Assembly (NCBI GenBank): GCA_965208575.1
Contig: CBDBOV010000006.1
Coordinates: 480,001-544,000 of the forward strand
Reading direction: 5' to 3'
Origin: Spirochaetia bacterium
GTDB taxonomy: Bacteria; Spirochaetota; Spirochaetia; SZUA-6; Bin103
Length of the DNA: 64,000 nucleotides
Below, piece after piece: positions 19,271 to 29,371 of the stretch. The translations under genes were made by a program, and so were the position numbers. Within the stretch, counting starts at the first letter, position 1. Every line of letters starts with the position of its first letter. Below the pieces are notes generated by a model. The model searched no databases. It worked only from the letters and a program-made list of their open reading frames with translations, and had not been told where the DNA came from.

Positions 19271-21055
19271 TCAGCCGCCAAGCTCCCGCTTCAGATCCTG
19301 GTCGATCCACAGATACTGGAAGACGTCAGTGCGGTTCATTGAGCCGAGATCGCCTTCTCCGTTGTAGCCCTTGATCCACGGCTGGGTCGCACCGAACAGG
19401 GGAGCAATCGGCCCCCTGATAGTCCACAGCTGCTCAATCACCCGCATGTCGGCCTTCCGCACCCACTCCTTCTGCTCCTCTATGGTGGTAGCGGCCAGCG
19501 CGTTCTCGTAGTACTCGTCGAATTCGGGGTCGCTGACGTTCGAGGGACGCCAGCCGTTCTTCGTCCAGTATGCCGCGATCGCGCCCGGGGCACTGGGATA
19601 CTCGGCTGCCCATACCTCATTTCGCAGGCCAAGGTAGGTATGATTCAGGGCCTTGTCGACAAATTCTGCGCGAGTAACCTGCTGGATCTCGACGTCGATG
19701 CCGATCTGCCTGAGGTAATCCATGGCGATCTGGTAGTAGCCTAAGTCGGTGAACTCGTAGTGCTCATAGATGGTCTTGAAGCGAACACCGTCCGCGCCGC
19801 GCGGATAGCCGGCCTCGTCGAGCAAATTCTCGGCCGCTTCGGGGTCATACCGATAGTACTGCTTGACGTCCTCGGGCCACTCCTCATACGGCATGAAATA
19901 CCCGAGCACCGCTTTGCCAACCCCGCCCACCGGGCTCGGGTCGCCCCAACCCTGCATGTAGTTCTCGGCGATGGACTCCTGGTCGATGGCCATGCTGAGG
20001 GCCTGGCGCACGCGGATGTCGCTCCAGGGCTCCTTCTGGTTGTCGAAATTGAACGCCGTTTCCGACCGATAGGCAAAGGGGTGGAGCACCAGGTTGGGGT
20101 TGGTCTCCTGCAGACTCACCGCCGCATCTACACTGCTCAGATGTGAGCCGAGCCCGAACCCAGTGAAATCCGCCTGTCCGGAGCGCATCAGTGAGGTGAT
20201 GGCCGCCGGGTCGTTGACGATGAGGAACTCGACCCTGTCCGCGTAGGGCAGGCGATTGGAGGGATACTTCGGGTCGAAACCCCAGTAATCGTCGACCTTG
20301 GTGTAGGTCCAGGAGCTGCCCTCCAGCACGTCGGTCAGCTGGTAGGGCCCCGTTCCGGTCACGTTGCGCCAGTCTTGGATGTCCCCGAATTGGTCGACCA
20401 CCTCGCGGGCGACGATGATCGTTGGCGCATCCCTGAGTATGCTGCCGAGGGCGAGGAGACTGGGCTCTTTCAGCTTGAACTCCACGGTGAAATCGTCGGT
20501 AGCGGTAACCGCATCAAAAGAGATCTTTAAAAGATCTGCGCCCCCCGCGACATCCGGGGTCGGCTCGTGGCCATCCAAGCCAAGGATCCGGTCGAAACTG
20601 TAGGCGACATCGTGCGCCGTAAGCTGCCGGCCGTTCACCGGCGCCTTGTCGTGCCAGAACACGCCGTCGCGGATCTTGAATACGTAGGTGAGAGGATCCG
20701 GATTCTCCCAGCTCTCGGCCAGTAGTCCGGTGAGGGCTTCGAGGGGCAGGAATGTCGTGGTATAGCCGACCACGCTCCGGTCGATTGCCCAGTCGCCGCG
20801 GCCCAATTTCTCGTTGACCAGCCCGATCCAGAATCCCGCCGTGTAGCGGTAATAGGGGTCGAGCCCCTCGTTCTTGAAGTTCGCGACCGCTCTGATCGTG
20901 CCGCCATACTCGGGCGCGGTGACCATCTCGCCGGTGCTCGGGTCAAGCACCATCTCCTTCTCCGCGGCGGATGCTTCCTCGCCCTCGGCGGCGGCGAACG
21001 TAACGGTAGCCACCAGCGCGAACACCAGCGGCAGCAATAGGAGTCGTGGAGTCAT
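19271..21055 (-). CDS. ABC transporter substrate-binding protein, family 5 (SBP3)
   Basis: RBS, MTPRLLLL signal peptide, family-5 motifs. Confidence 0.93.
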   Translation of the reverse strand: MTPRLLLLPLVFALVATVTFAAAEGEEASAAEKEMVLDPSTGEMVTAPEYGGTIRAVANFKNEGLDPYYRYTAGFWIGLVNEKLGRGDWAIDRSVVGYTTTFLPLEALTGLLAESWENPDPLTYVFKIRDGVFWHDKAPVNGRQLTAHDVAYSFDRILGLDGHEPTPDVAGGADLLKISFDAVTATDDFTVEFKLKEPSLLALGSILRDAPTIIVAREVVDQFGDIQDWRNVTGTGPYQLTDVLEGSSWTYTKVDDYWGFDPKYPSNRLPYADRVEFLIVNDPAAITSLMRSGQADFTGFGLGSHLSSVDAAVSLQETNPNLVLHPFAYRSETAFNFDNQKEPWSDIRVRQALSMAIDQESIAENYMQGWGDPSPVGGVGKAVLGYFMPYEEWPEDVKQYYRYDPEAAENLLDEAGYPRGADGVRFKTIYEHYEFTDLGYYQIAMDYLRQIGIDVEIQQVTRAEFVDKALNHTYLGLRNEVWAAEYPSAPGAIAAYWTKNGWRPSNVSDPEFDEYYENALAATTIEEQKEWVRKADMRVIEQLWTIRGPIAPLFGATQPWIKGYNGEGDLGSMNRTDVFQYLWIDQDLKRELGG

Positions 21056-21990
21056 AGCGTAACTCCTCCTCGTTTTCGGGAGCGGGACGGCGTCCCGTGC
21101 CCGTGTTCCTGGACCGGAAACTCCGGCCTCGTCGAATGGTCCTGGTAGTCGTTGTCGCACCCAAGGGCGCCGCGAGCGCCGCCTCGGATGGGAGTGGTGC
21201 GATGGGTGTGGATATGAGCGGGAGCCGCTACGTCGTTAGCGGCGCGGATGGCGACAGAGTGGTGGACGTGGCTCGGTGAGTGGAGAGAGCGGTCGCGAGC
21301 GGATACGCGCAGGAGAACTGCTTTGGCGTGGCCGGGCCAAGAGCCGGAGCGATCGATGCGCGCAAGGAACTCGGCAATCGTGGCGCAGTCCACGATCCAC
21401 TCTCCGGTTTCGGCGAGACGATCCGCGTCCGTCACTTCAGCAAGCACCGTCGCCAGCCGCTCCGCCGCCGCTGGGCCGAACCGCCGCTCCGCCAAGCGGC
21501 GCAACAACGCCCTCTGCCGCTCGATGCCCTGCTCCAGGATTTCCGCTCCCCAGCGATCAATCTTTTCCGCCAACACTGCGCTTGCCTCCTTGTACTCGCG
21601 GATCGATGGCAACTCCACGCCCCACTTCCGTCCCAGGGCGCCGAGCCACAGGTCAAACGTCCTCGTCAGCCCCGGCTCGCCAGCCTCGGCGAGCCACTCA
21701 CCCAACTCCCTCACGCGCTCTGGCAGAGCCCCGGCCTGCACGCTCTGCTCCACTTCCGCCACCCACCGTAGCAGGTTCGTCCGTGGCAGATCATCCCCTC
21801 TCACCGCCACAGATCAAGCACCTCGTATCTCAGCGCCAGATGCGCGGCGCCGTCCTCCTCCGCCCTCGCCAGCAGCCCGGCGAACGTCACCGGCGCGTCC
21901 CACCGTCTGTCACCATTGTACACGACCACGTGCAACACCGGGTCCGCCGTGTCGCTCTTGCTCCACTTGGTGCGGTCATGGTACAGCCGC
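21052..21990 (-). pseudogene. Rpn remnant lacking N-terminal nuclease region; C terminus reads through into SBP3 leader
   Basis: Homology to 27279-28301 with deletion and frameshift; stop TAG changed to TGG. Confidence 0.8.
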
Positions 21991-22153
21991 GACCGTATTC
22001 GCGCAGACAGGGTAGCCGATTGTCGGAAAACACATTCGGTGAGCCAAGTGTCCGGCGGGCCGGATTCAGTGCGATCGTTCCAGCTTCCGCAGGGCATGTG
22101 CCGGGATCGAGCCGGGAATCTGTATCTGGTAGTCGATTGATCCGGTCCAAAGG

Positions 22154-22471
22154 CTAGCGGACCGCATGGACTCTGAGGTGAAGCCCTTCGCGTTTCTGAA
22201 GGCAGCCGATGACCTCGAACAGGTTGCGGGCCTGCGGATTGCCGTTGGGTCCGAACATCCGCATCAGGCTCTTCGGCGATTTGTCGGTCAACCCGCCAAG
22301 TTCCTGAAAGCCGATCGTTGCATTGATGTAGTCGCGGAGCACGACCTTGCCCGTATCCACATCGCCGGAAAGCAGGCAATCGACCCCCTCTTTGAGCAGC
22401 TCCTCCCGGAAAGCCGGATCGCTCTCCATGCGTGCCTGAATTGTTTCCTTGAAGTCTCGTGTCAGGGACAT
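22154..22471 (-). CDS. HTH antitoxin, addiction-module antidote type
   Basis: MSLTRDFKETIQAR...KSLMRMFGPNGNPQARNLF; directly downstream of RelE-like remnant. Confidence 0.8.
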   Translation of the reverse strand: MSLTRDFKETIQARMESDPAFREELLKEGVDCLLSGDVDTGKVVLRDYINATIGFQELGGLTDKSPKSLMRMFGPNGNPQARNLFEVIGCLQKREGLHLRVHAVR

Positions 22472-22476
22472 GAGTC

Positions 22477-22651
22477 TCACCTCTCCCGCTGCTTGCGCCG
22501 CTTGTAGTCCCGCCAGATATCCTTGGCGGTTTCGATTGCCTGCTGCTGACGCTTCTTGGTTCCACCACCCAACAAGATGATCACGGCATTTCCATCCTTA
22601 CCAAAATAGACCCGGTAGCCGGGACCGAAGTCTATCCGGGATTCAAAGACT
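22477..22651 (-). pseudogene. RelE/ParE-family toxin, N terminus lost
   Basis: [20 protein letters not shown]...[11 protein letters not shown]; 5' part replaced by DppC fragment. Confidence 0.8.
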
Positions 22652-22814
22652 CTCCGCGATGATCGCCCAGCCGATGGTGATCGAGTAGACGATGATGATC
22701 GGCACCGTGATGTTGGGCCACACGTCGCGCAGCAGCGTCCGAGCGCTGGGGACCACGCGCCGTTACTTCGCCAAGCCATACGCCGCCATCTTTGTACCAG
22801 TGGTAGTTGCCGGC
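22652..22814 (-). pseudogene. Chimeric scrap: DppC fragment joined to SDR active-site fragment
   Basis: Matches DppC region 3375-3460 and SDR region 51845-51895. Confidence 0.7.
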
Positions 22815-22827
22815 AGCGCCTCCAAGG

Positions 22828-23050
22828 TCATGTCTCAAGAAACTCGTCCGGCCGGATGCCCGCTTGCCTGAGAATCGCTCTCAAAGTTCCTTCCGGTACA
22901 TCGCCGGGGTGATTGGGAATGGTTGTCCGGGCTCTCGACACGGGGTTCCACCAGATCTCATGGCTTCCTTTGCAGTGCGATCGAACACAAACCCGCGTTC
23001 CCCCAATCGCTTGGTGATGTCTCGGTACGAGTACCCGGCGAGCCTCCCAC
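22828..23050 (-). pseudogene. hicA: HicA toxin, frameshifted
   Basis: RLAGYSYRDITKRL and KGSHEIWWNP...IPNHPGDVPEGTLRAILRQAG in different frames. Confidence 0.8.
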
Positions 23051-23293
23051 TCAGGCAGACACGGCAACGTCGAGGTCGACCGAACTGCCCATCCTGCGCA
23101 ACCCATCGGGAATAGGATCATCGTGTTCTCGATACGACTCCAACAGCCTCCGCGCAACATCCTGGGCGATCTCGACTGTTTCTTGAACGGTCCTTCCCTG
23201 GGCGACCAGACCCGGAAGCTCCTGGGAGGTAGCCAGGTAGTTGCCGTTCTCGACCCGCTCAACGTGAAGCCGAACGGTGAACTGATCCGACAT
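23051..23293 (-). CDS. hicB: HicB-family antitoxin
   Basis: YLATSQELPGLVAQGRTVQETVEIAQD motif. Confidence 0.85.
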   Translation of the reverse strand: MSDQFTVRLHVERVENGNYLATSQELPGLVAQGRTVQETVEIAQDVARRLLESYREHDDPIPDGLRRMGSSVDLDVAVSA

Positions 23294-23457
23294 GGCAGAA
23301 CCCATCATACCGCCAGTGAGACATCTGAACCAATGGGTCTCGCAGGACTTCGAGGCCAGCGCCAGCATGTCGGTGGAGACGACTTCGGGTCTCGGCGCCA
23401 GAGCGAGGACCCCGCCCTTGAGCGGGGTCCTCAAAAGAGATCGCGACGCGGATATCG

Positions 23458-25242
23458 CTAGTAGCCCAGCTCCCGCTTCAGCTCCTGGTCCACCCACAGG
23501 TACATGAGGACAGTGGACCGTTGCATCGCGCCGAGTTCGCCTTCCCCGTTGTAGCCCTTGATCCACGGCTGGGTGGCGCCGAACAGGGGAGCGATCGGCC
23601 CCCTGATCATCCACAGCTGCTCGGCGACCCGCAGGTCGGCCTTCCGCACCCACTCCTTCTGCTCCTCTATCGTGGTGGCGGCCAGCGCGTTCTCGTAGTA
23701 CTCGTCGAACACGGGGTCGTTGTTGTTCGCGGGATTCCAAGCGCTTTGCGACCAGTAACCCCCGAGCGGGGCCGTGGCACTTTGATACTCGGCGGCCCAT
23801 ACGTCGGTGCGCAGACCGAGGTAGGTCTGCTCCAGGGACATCTCGATGTGTTCCGCGCGGGTAACGCCCTGGATCTCGACGTCGATGCCGATCTGCCTGA
23901 TGTAATCCATGGCGATCTGGTAGTAGCCGAGGTCGAAGAACTCGTAATGCTGATAGACGGTACTGAAGCGAACGCCGTCGTCACCGCGCGGATAGCCGGC
24001 CTCGTCGAGTAGCCTCTCCGCCTCCTCGGGGTCGTACCGATAGTACTGCTTGACCTCATCGGGCCATTCCTCGAACGGGACCGTATACCCGAGGACCGCT
24101 TTTCCAACAGGGCCGACCGGGCTTGCATCGCCCCAACCCTGCTGGTAGTTCTCGGCGATGGACTCTTGGTCGATGGCCAGGCTCAGGGCCTGGCGCACGC
24201 GGATGTCGCTCCAGGGCTCCTTCTGGACGTTGAAACCGATCGCCGTTTCCGAACGGTAGGCATACGGGTGCAGCACCAGGTCGGGATTGGTCTTCTGCAG
24301 ATTGACCGCCGAGTCGACACTGGTCAGATGGGAGTTGAGCCCGAACCCGATGAAGTCCGCCTGTCCGGAGCGCATCAGTGAGGTGATGGCGGTCGGGTCG
24401 TTGACGATGAGGTACTCGACCGTGTCCGCGTAGGGCAGGCGATAGTCGGGATACTTGGGGTCGAAGCCCCAGTAGTCATCGATCCTGGTGTAGGTCCAGG
24501 AGCTGCCCTCCACCACGTCGGTGAGCTGGTAGGGCCCCGTTCCGGTCACGTTGCGCCAGTCTTGCATGTCCCCGAATTGGTCGACCACCTCGCGGGCGAC
24601 CACGAACGTATGTAACCCGTAGAGCATGGTCCTCAGGGCAAGGAGACTGGGCTCGCTCAACTTGAATACCACGGTAAAATCGTCGGTGGCGGTTACCGAC
24701 TCGAACGGGATCGTGCCGACTTCAGACCCCCCGATATCCGGGCTCGGCTCGCCGCCGTCCACACCCCAGACGAGCCGCTGCCAGCTGTACTCGACGTCGT
24801 GCGCGGTGAGCTGCCGGCCGCTCACCGGTGCCTTGTCGTGCCAGAACACGCCGTCGCGGATCTTGAACACGTAGGTAAGCGGATCCGGATTCTCCCAGCT
24901 CTCGGCCAGTTGTCCGGTGATGGCCTCATCGGGCAGGAACAGCGTGGTGTAGCCGACCACGCTCCGGTCGATCGCCCAGTCGGCGATGCCGAGCTTCTCG
25001 TTGACCAGCCCGATCCAGGCCCCTGCGGTGTAGCGGTAGTAGGGGTCGATTCCCTCGTTCTTGAAGTTCACGACCGCTCTGATCGTGCCGCCATACTCGG
25101 GCGCGGTGACCATCTCGCCGGTCGTCGGGTCGAGCACCATCTCCTTCTCGGTGGCGGCCGCCTCCTCGCCCTCGCCGGCGGCGAACGTAACGGTAGCCAC
25201 CAACGCGAACACCAGCGCCGGCAGTATGAGTCTTGGAGTCAT
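23458..25242 (-). CDS. ABC transporter substrate-binding protein, family 5 (SBP4, no adjacent permeases)
   Basis: RBS, MTPRLILP signal peptide, family-5 motifs. Confidence 0.93.
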   Translation of the reverse strand: MTPRLILPALVFALVATVTFAAGEGEEAAATEKEMVLDPTTGEMVTAPEYGGTIRAVVNFKNEGIDPYYRYTAGAWIGLVNEKLGIADWAIDRSVVGYTTLFLPDEAITGQLAESWENPDPLTYVFKIRDGVFWHDKAPVSGRQLTAHDVEYSWQRLVWGVDGGEPSPDIGGSEVGTIPFESVTATDDFTVVFKLSEPSLLALRTMLYGLHTFVVAREVVDQFGDMQDWRNVTGTGPYQLTDVVEGSSWTYTRIDDYWGFDPKYPDYRLPYADTVEYLIVNDPTAITSLMRSGQADFIGFGLNSHLTSVDSAVNLQKTNPDLVLHPYAYRSETAIGFNVQKEPWSDIRVRQALSLAIDQESIAENYQQGWGDASPVGPVGKAVLGYTVPFEEWPDEVKQYYRYDPEEAERLLDEAGYPRGDDGVRFSTVYQHYEFFDLGYYQIAMDYIRQIGIDVEIQGVTRAEHIEMSLEQTYLGLRTDVWAAEYQSATAPLGGYWSQSAWNPANNNDPVFDEYYENALAATTIEEQKEWVRKADLRVAEQLWMIRGPIAPLFGATQPWIKGYNGEGELGAMQRSTVLMYLWVDQELKRELGY

Positions 25243-25387
25243 AACGTAACTCCTCCTCGTTGTCGGGCACGGGACCGCGTCCCGTGCCCGTGATCTTGGA
25301 CCGGAAACTCCGGCCATCTCGAGTGGTCCTGGTGGTCGCGCCGTGGAATGGTAGAGCGGCGGGTGTGGATATGGACGAGAGCCGCTA

Positions 25388-25634
25388 GCAGCCCGTGGTG
25401 GAACCCGGCGTAGCACCGAGAGCGGCGAGGCGCCCGGTTGGCAAGGCGCGAAGAACGAGCATATCCGGGCGCAGGAGTCTGTCGGGTGACGACAGGCTCC
25501 TGCGCGCAGGTGAGGATGGGCCGAAAACGGCGTCCATTGGACGACGGTTTCGGGGCGATACGTGAGCGAGGAGCAACGCAGCCAGCCGGGATGGATCGCC
25601 GCTCGAATGCAGCCGGAGTTCCGCCACGGGCTGC
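25388..25634. mobile_element. MITE-like element, 247 bp, in SBP4 leader
   Basis: GCAGCCCGTGGTGG ... CCGCCACGGGCTGC inverted ends; internal GC-rich hairpins. Confidence 0.6.
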
Positions 25635-25822
25635 TCGGTCGTCAGCGGCGCGGATGGCGACAGAGTGGTGGACGTGGCTCGGTGAGCGGAGAGAGCGGTC
25701 AGTTACCGAGTGCTTGGTTTGTTGCGGAGCAGGACGGAGCGTTAGCGTTTGCAGCGAACCGCGCCCGCGGCGGGCTGTGTAATCGCGTTTCATCCGCGCT
25801 TGTCCTCCTCCGGGAGGCCACC

Positions 25823-25851
25823 ACGCTAGCACACGCCCCGACCACCGTCAA
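25823..25851 (-). promoter_or_regulatory. Conserved SBP promoter (SBP4 copy)
   Basis: TTGACG-17nt-TAGCGT with TGn. Confidence 0.6.
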
Positions 25852-26147
25852 GCACGCGTTTGGAGGGTTGGCGGGTTGGTGGTTGCCACAGTTCCTCGGA
25901 GCATATTCTACGCCGCTTCCAGTCGTGACCTGGATCCGTTCAGTTGCAACGACGGGTCATACCCTACGGCTGCAAGACGCGTAACCGCTCGACACCGGGT
26001 TCACAAGACAACGGCCGTTCCGAAAGGGATCAGCAGGAGGACGCAGCGGATGGCGTACGCTCTCACGGCAATGGAGACGATTGTTACGACAAGCGGGACC
26101 GTGAGACGAACCCTCAGCGTGGTCGGTGCGTGGTGACGCGCTTGTCG

Positions 26148-26405
26148 CTACTTGTCCACCTTGGCAACCAGCGGGTACCTCTCCGGATGCTGGATGCGAT
26201 CAACGTCAAGGTCTACGTCCAGGTCAGGCCAGTGGAAGTGCCCGTCCCGCTCTTCGATGACATTGAACACCTGATCCACCGAAGCCCACCGAAACCACGG
26301 AAATCGATCGTGGTCCAGGTACAACTCGGTGTCGCACCATGCCAGCCATAGGCCGGCCGGAGTGAGCTGCACAACCTCAGGTCGCGAAGTGCTGGTTCCA
26401 GGCAT
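26148..26405 (-). CDS. DUF2442-like protein (putative antitoxin)
   Basis: FPWFRWAS...HFHWPDLDVDLDVDRIQHPERYPL. Confidence 0.8.
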   Translation of the reverse strand: MPGTSTSRPEVVQLTPAGLWLAWCDTELYLDHDRFPWFRWASVDQVFNVIEERDGHFHWPDLDVDLDVDRIQHPERYPLVAKVDK

Positions 26406-26615
26406 TTACAATCTCCTCCTTTCGTCGCTCGATGATTCGCTGGATCTCTCTCGATTCGTGGGCCCTGATGCCATTGACATTGCCAATTCGACGTCCGGGT
26501 CGAGCGAGAATTTCGCCTCGCCGCTTGCGCAGATCACGTGCACGTGGATTCGCGCTTCTTCCCGTGAGAAGAAGAACCGATACGGACCCTCCCTGAACAC
26601 AGTCGGGCTCCCGTG
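26377..26615 (-). pseudogene. DUF4160-like protein, frameshifted
   Basis: SPTVFREGPYRFFFSREEARIHVHV...EAKF and EIVNAWNQHF in different frames; no proper start. Confidence 0.75.
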
Positions 26616-26668
26616 AGTGAGTATAGCGTCCCTGGAAGCCTGACAGTAGGGCACGGTCTGATGACGGA

Positions 26669-27050
26669 CTACCGGCTATCCTTGCGTTCCAGCTTCTGCA
26701 GGGCACGGGTGGCGCGCTCGGCGGCGCGGGCGCCTACGCCGCCGGCCACCCCGCCGCCGCCGCGCAGGCGCGGGTCCAGCAGGTCGCGCAGCGCGTCGCC
26801 GACCATGTTCAGGCAGTACACCACCAGCGTCAGCGCCACCCCCGGCCACATCGCCATCCGCGGCGCCATCTCCATGTACTGCCGCCCCTCGCGGCTCAGC
26901 ATCGTGCCCCAGCTCGGCACGTCCGGCGGCAGCCCGAAGCCCAGGAAGCTCAAGGACGCCTCCGCGATGATCGCCCACCCGATCGTGATCGAGTAGATGA
27001 TGATGATGATCGGCGCCGTGATGTTGGGCCACACGTGGCGCACCAGCGTC
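26669..27050 (-). pseudogene. DppC-like permease, C-terminal fragment
   Basis: RHVWPNITAP...LDPRLRGG...LQKLERKDS; N-terminal half absent. Confidence 0.85.
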
Positions 27051-27278
27051 CGAGCGCTGGGGACCACGCGCAGTTACTTCGCCAAGCCATACGCCGCCAT
27101 CTTGTTCGAGTGGTAGTTGCCGGCAAGAGAGGAGCCTCCCGCCGCACCCCGCGCGGACGCGGAGCAAGTACTTAGGCCTCGCCGCTCCGCGCTTGCCCTG
27201 TGTGGATGTCGGGCGACCGATACGAACGCCGCTAAGGACGATGGATATGTGTCGGAGAAGTGGCCTGGCGTGGCCGGG

Positions 27279-28301
27279 CTACGAGCCGGAGCGATCGATG
27301 CGCGCAAGGAAGTCGGCAGTCGTGGCGCAGTCCACGATCCACTCCCCGGTCTCGGCGAGACGATCCGCGTCCGTCATCTCGGCAAGCACCGTCGCCAGCC
27401 GCTCCGCCGCCGCAGGGCCGAACCGCCGCTCCGCCAAGCGGCGCAACAACGCCTTCTGCCGCTCGATGCCCTGCTCGATGCCCTGCTCGATGCCCTGCTC
27501 GATCCCCTGCTCGATGCCCTGCTCGATCCCCTGCTCCAGGATTTCCGCTCCCCAGCGATCAATCTTTTCCGCCAACACTGCACTTGCCTCCTCGTACTCG
27601 CGGATCGATGGCAGCTCCACGCCCCACTTCCGCCCCAGGGCGCCGAGCCACATGTCAAAGGTCCTCGTCAGCCCCGGCTCGCCAGCCTCGGCGAGCCACT
27701 CACCCAACTCCCTCACCCGTTCCGGCAGAGTCCCGGCCTGCACACTCTGCTCCACTTCCGCCACCCACCGTAGCAGGTTCGACCGTGGCAGACCATCACC
27801 CCTCACCGCCACCAGATCAATCACCTCGTAGCTCAGCGCCAGATGCGCGGCACCGTCCTGCTCCGTCCGCTCCACCAGCCCGGCGAGCGTCATCGGCGCG
27901 TCCCACCGGTTGTCTCCATTGTACACGACCACGTGCAACACCGCGTCGGCCGTGTCGCTCTTCCTCCACTTGGTGCGGTCATGGTACAGCCGCTGGTACA
28001 GCAGGCTCGTGTAGTTCAGGAACCGTAGCGGCATCGAGTAGTCCACGCTCGACTGATGCTCGATCACCACGTGCAGCGTGTGCACGCCGCCGCGCCCGTC
28101 GCGCCGGTCGATCGACCACACCACGTCACCAAGCCGCCGCCGCAACTCGTCGGTGACGTTCTCGGTGGGGCCTTCGCGCAGGCTGTCGAAGTCGAGAGCG
28201 GCGGCCCATCCCGACGGCCGCCGCGGGGCGATGAACCCGAGGAGCAAGTCCTTGACGATGCGTTGGTGCGTGAGCAGGCGTTTGTACGCGGGGTCGTCCA
28301 T
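27279..28301 (-). CDS. Rpn family recombination-promoting nuclease/putative transposase (intact)
   Basis: D.AYKRL, GDVVW, IEHQS, MPLRFLNY, VVVYNG...W, EQGI repeats. Confidence 0.9.
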   Translation of the reverse strand: MDDPAYKRLLTHQRIVKDLLLGFIAPRRPSGWAAALDFDSLREGPTENVTDELRRRLGDVVWSIDRRDGRGGVHTLHVVIEHQSSVDYSMPLRFLNYTSLLYQRLYHDRTKWRKSDTADAVLHVVVYNGDNRWDAPMTLAGLVERTEQDGAAHLALSYEVIDLVAVRGDGLPRSNLLRWVAEVEQSVQAGTLPERVRELGEWLAEAGEPGLTRTFDMWLGALGRKWGVELPSIREYEEASAVLAEKIDRWGAEILEQGIEQGIEQGIEQGIEQGIEQGIERQKALLRRLAERRFGPAAAERLATVLAEMTDADRLAETGEWIVDCATTADFLARIDRSGS

Positions 28302-28530
28302 GGTTCTCTGCCGGTGGCCGCGCCATCGCAACGACGCCGCGCCATTCGGCGGGGGATTCTAACCTGACGACTTGCGGGGCGGTAGCGCCTCGCGTGAGGT
28401 GCGTGAGGTGCGTGAGGTGATGGTTGTCGGGGCGCTGACGATGGGGTACGCGACCGTATCCGCGCAGACAGGGCAGCCGATTGTCGGAAAGACGTTCGTG
28501 AGCCAAGTGTGCGGCGGGCCGGATTCAGTG

Positions 28531-28699
28531 CGATCGTTCCAGCTTCTGCAGGGCACTGGTGGCGCGGTCGGCGGCGCGGGCGCCTACCCCGCCGGCCAGC
28601 GAGCCGCCGCCGCGCACGCGCGGGTCCAGCAGTTCGCGTAGCGCGTCGCCGACCATGTTCAGGCAGTACACCACCAGGGTCAGCGCCACCCCCGGCCAC
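28531..28699 (-). pseudogene. DppC 3' tail fragment
   Basis: PGVALTLVVYCLNMVGDALRELLDPRVRGG...ALQKLERS. Confidence 0.8.
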
Positions 28700-28709
28700 C
28701 GACGAGCAC

Positions 28710-28892
28710 TCAGGCAGTCATCTCCCTGTCCCGGCCGGTGTGGTCGCTGTACGTGTCGGGGGCCACGTCGATCGTCCTCGTGCCCGCCACGAAGTCGCAG
28801 ATCTTGGTGCCCTCGAGTCCGCCGGGAATTACCAGCACGTGGTTGCGGATACCCACCGAGCCATCCGATCGTTCGTAGCCCAGGAAGTTCAT
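28710..28892 (-). pseudogene. UxaA-family hydrolase large subunit, N-terminal fragment
   Basis: FLGYERSDGSVGIRNHVLVIP; ends after ~60 aa. Confidence 0.8.
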
Positions 28893-29188
28893 CGCGAGCT
28901 CAGATCTCCTCTGCCCCTATTTCCCTCGAGATTGTGCACGTGGACAAGATCGCCGACCGCAATATCCCGGGACTCGAGGCCGATCGACTGCCCATACTTG
29001 GTGACGTGCGCGCCCTTGGGAATGGCGCGGATTGCAAGCTTGAAGCCGAAGGGTATCCGTTCACGCACTTCCACGCTGCTGGCGTGTCCCGCCAGGCGAA
29101 CCGCAACGCTCGCGTGCGGCTCCACGGTCTCGACCGCGGTGGCGACGTTATCGTTCTCCGCGAGCTGGATGGCGCCGCTGAATGACAT
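28889..29188 (-). CDS. UxaA-family SAF-domain small subunit
   Basis: DNVATA, IPFGFKLA, KYGQSIG, GDLVHVHNL. Confidence 0.88.
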   Translation of the reverse strand: MSFSGAIQLAENDNVATAVETVEPHASVAVRLAGHASSVEVRERIPFGFKLAIRAIPKGAHVTKYGQSIGLESRDIAVGDLVHVHNLEGNRGRGDLSSR

Positions 29189-29371
29189 TGCATCTCCTTT
29201 GAAATCTCGACCCGCCAGGGGGTCCGCCGGCCCCGCAACGTGGTGGCGAAGTGGTTTGCCGGAGTGTGTCGAAGAACCGGGAAAAACACAACGGGTTCTG
29301 GACCGAGAACGCGGTGCCGCGCACCTCGTACGTCCTCGCGGTACAGCGATAGTTGAAGGTCTCGATGCCGG

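Noticed and set aside
22100-28300. Classical integron cassette array
   Set aside because: No IntI-type tyrosine recombinase and no recurring attC structure recognised
28392-28420. 9-bp repeat GCGTGAGGT (3 units versus 2 at 18239) upstream of rpn
   Set aside because: Only two copies to compare and no functional context
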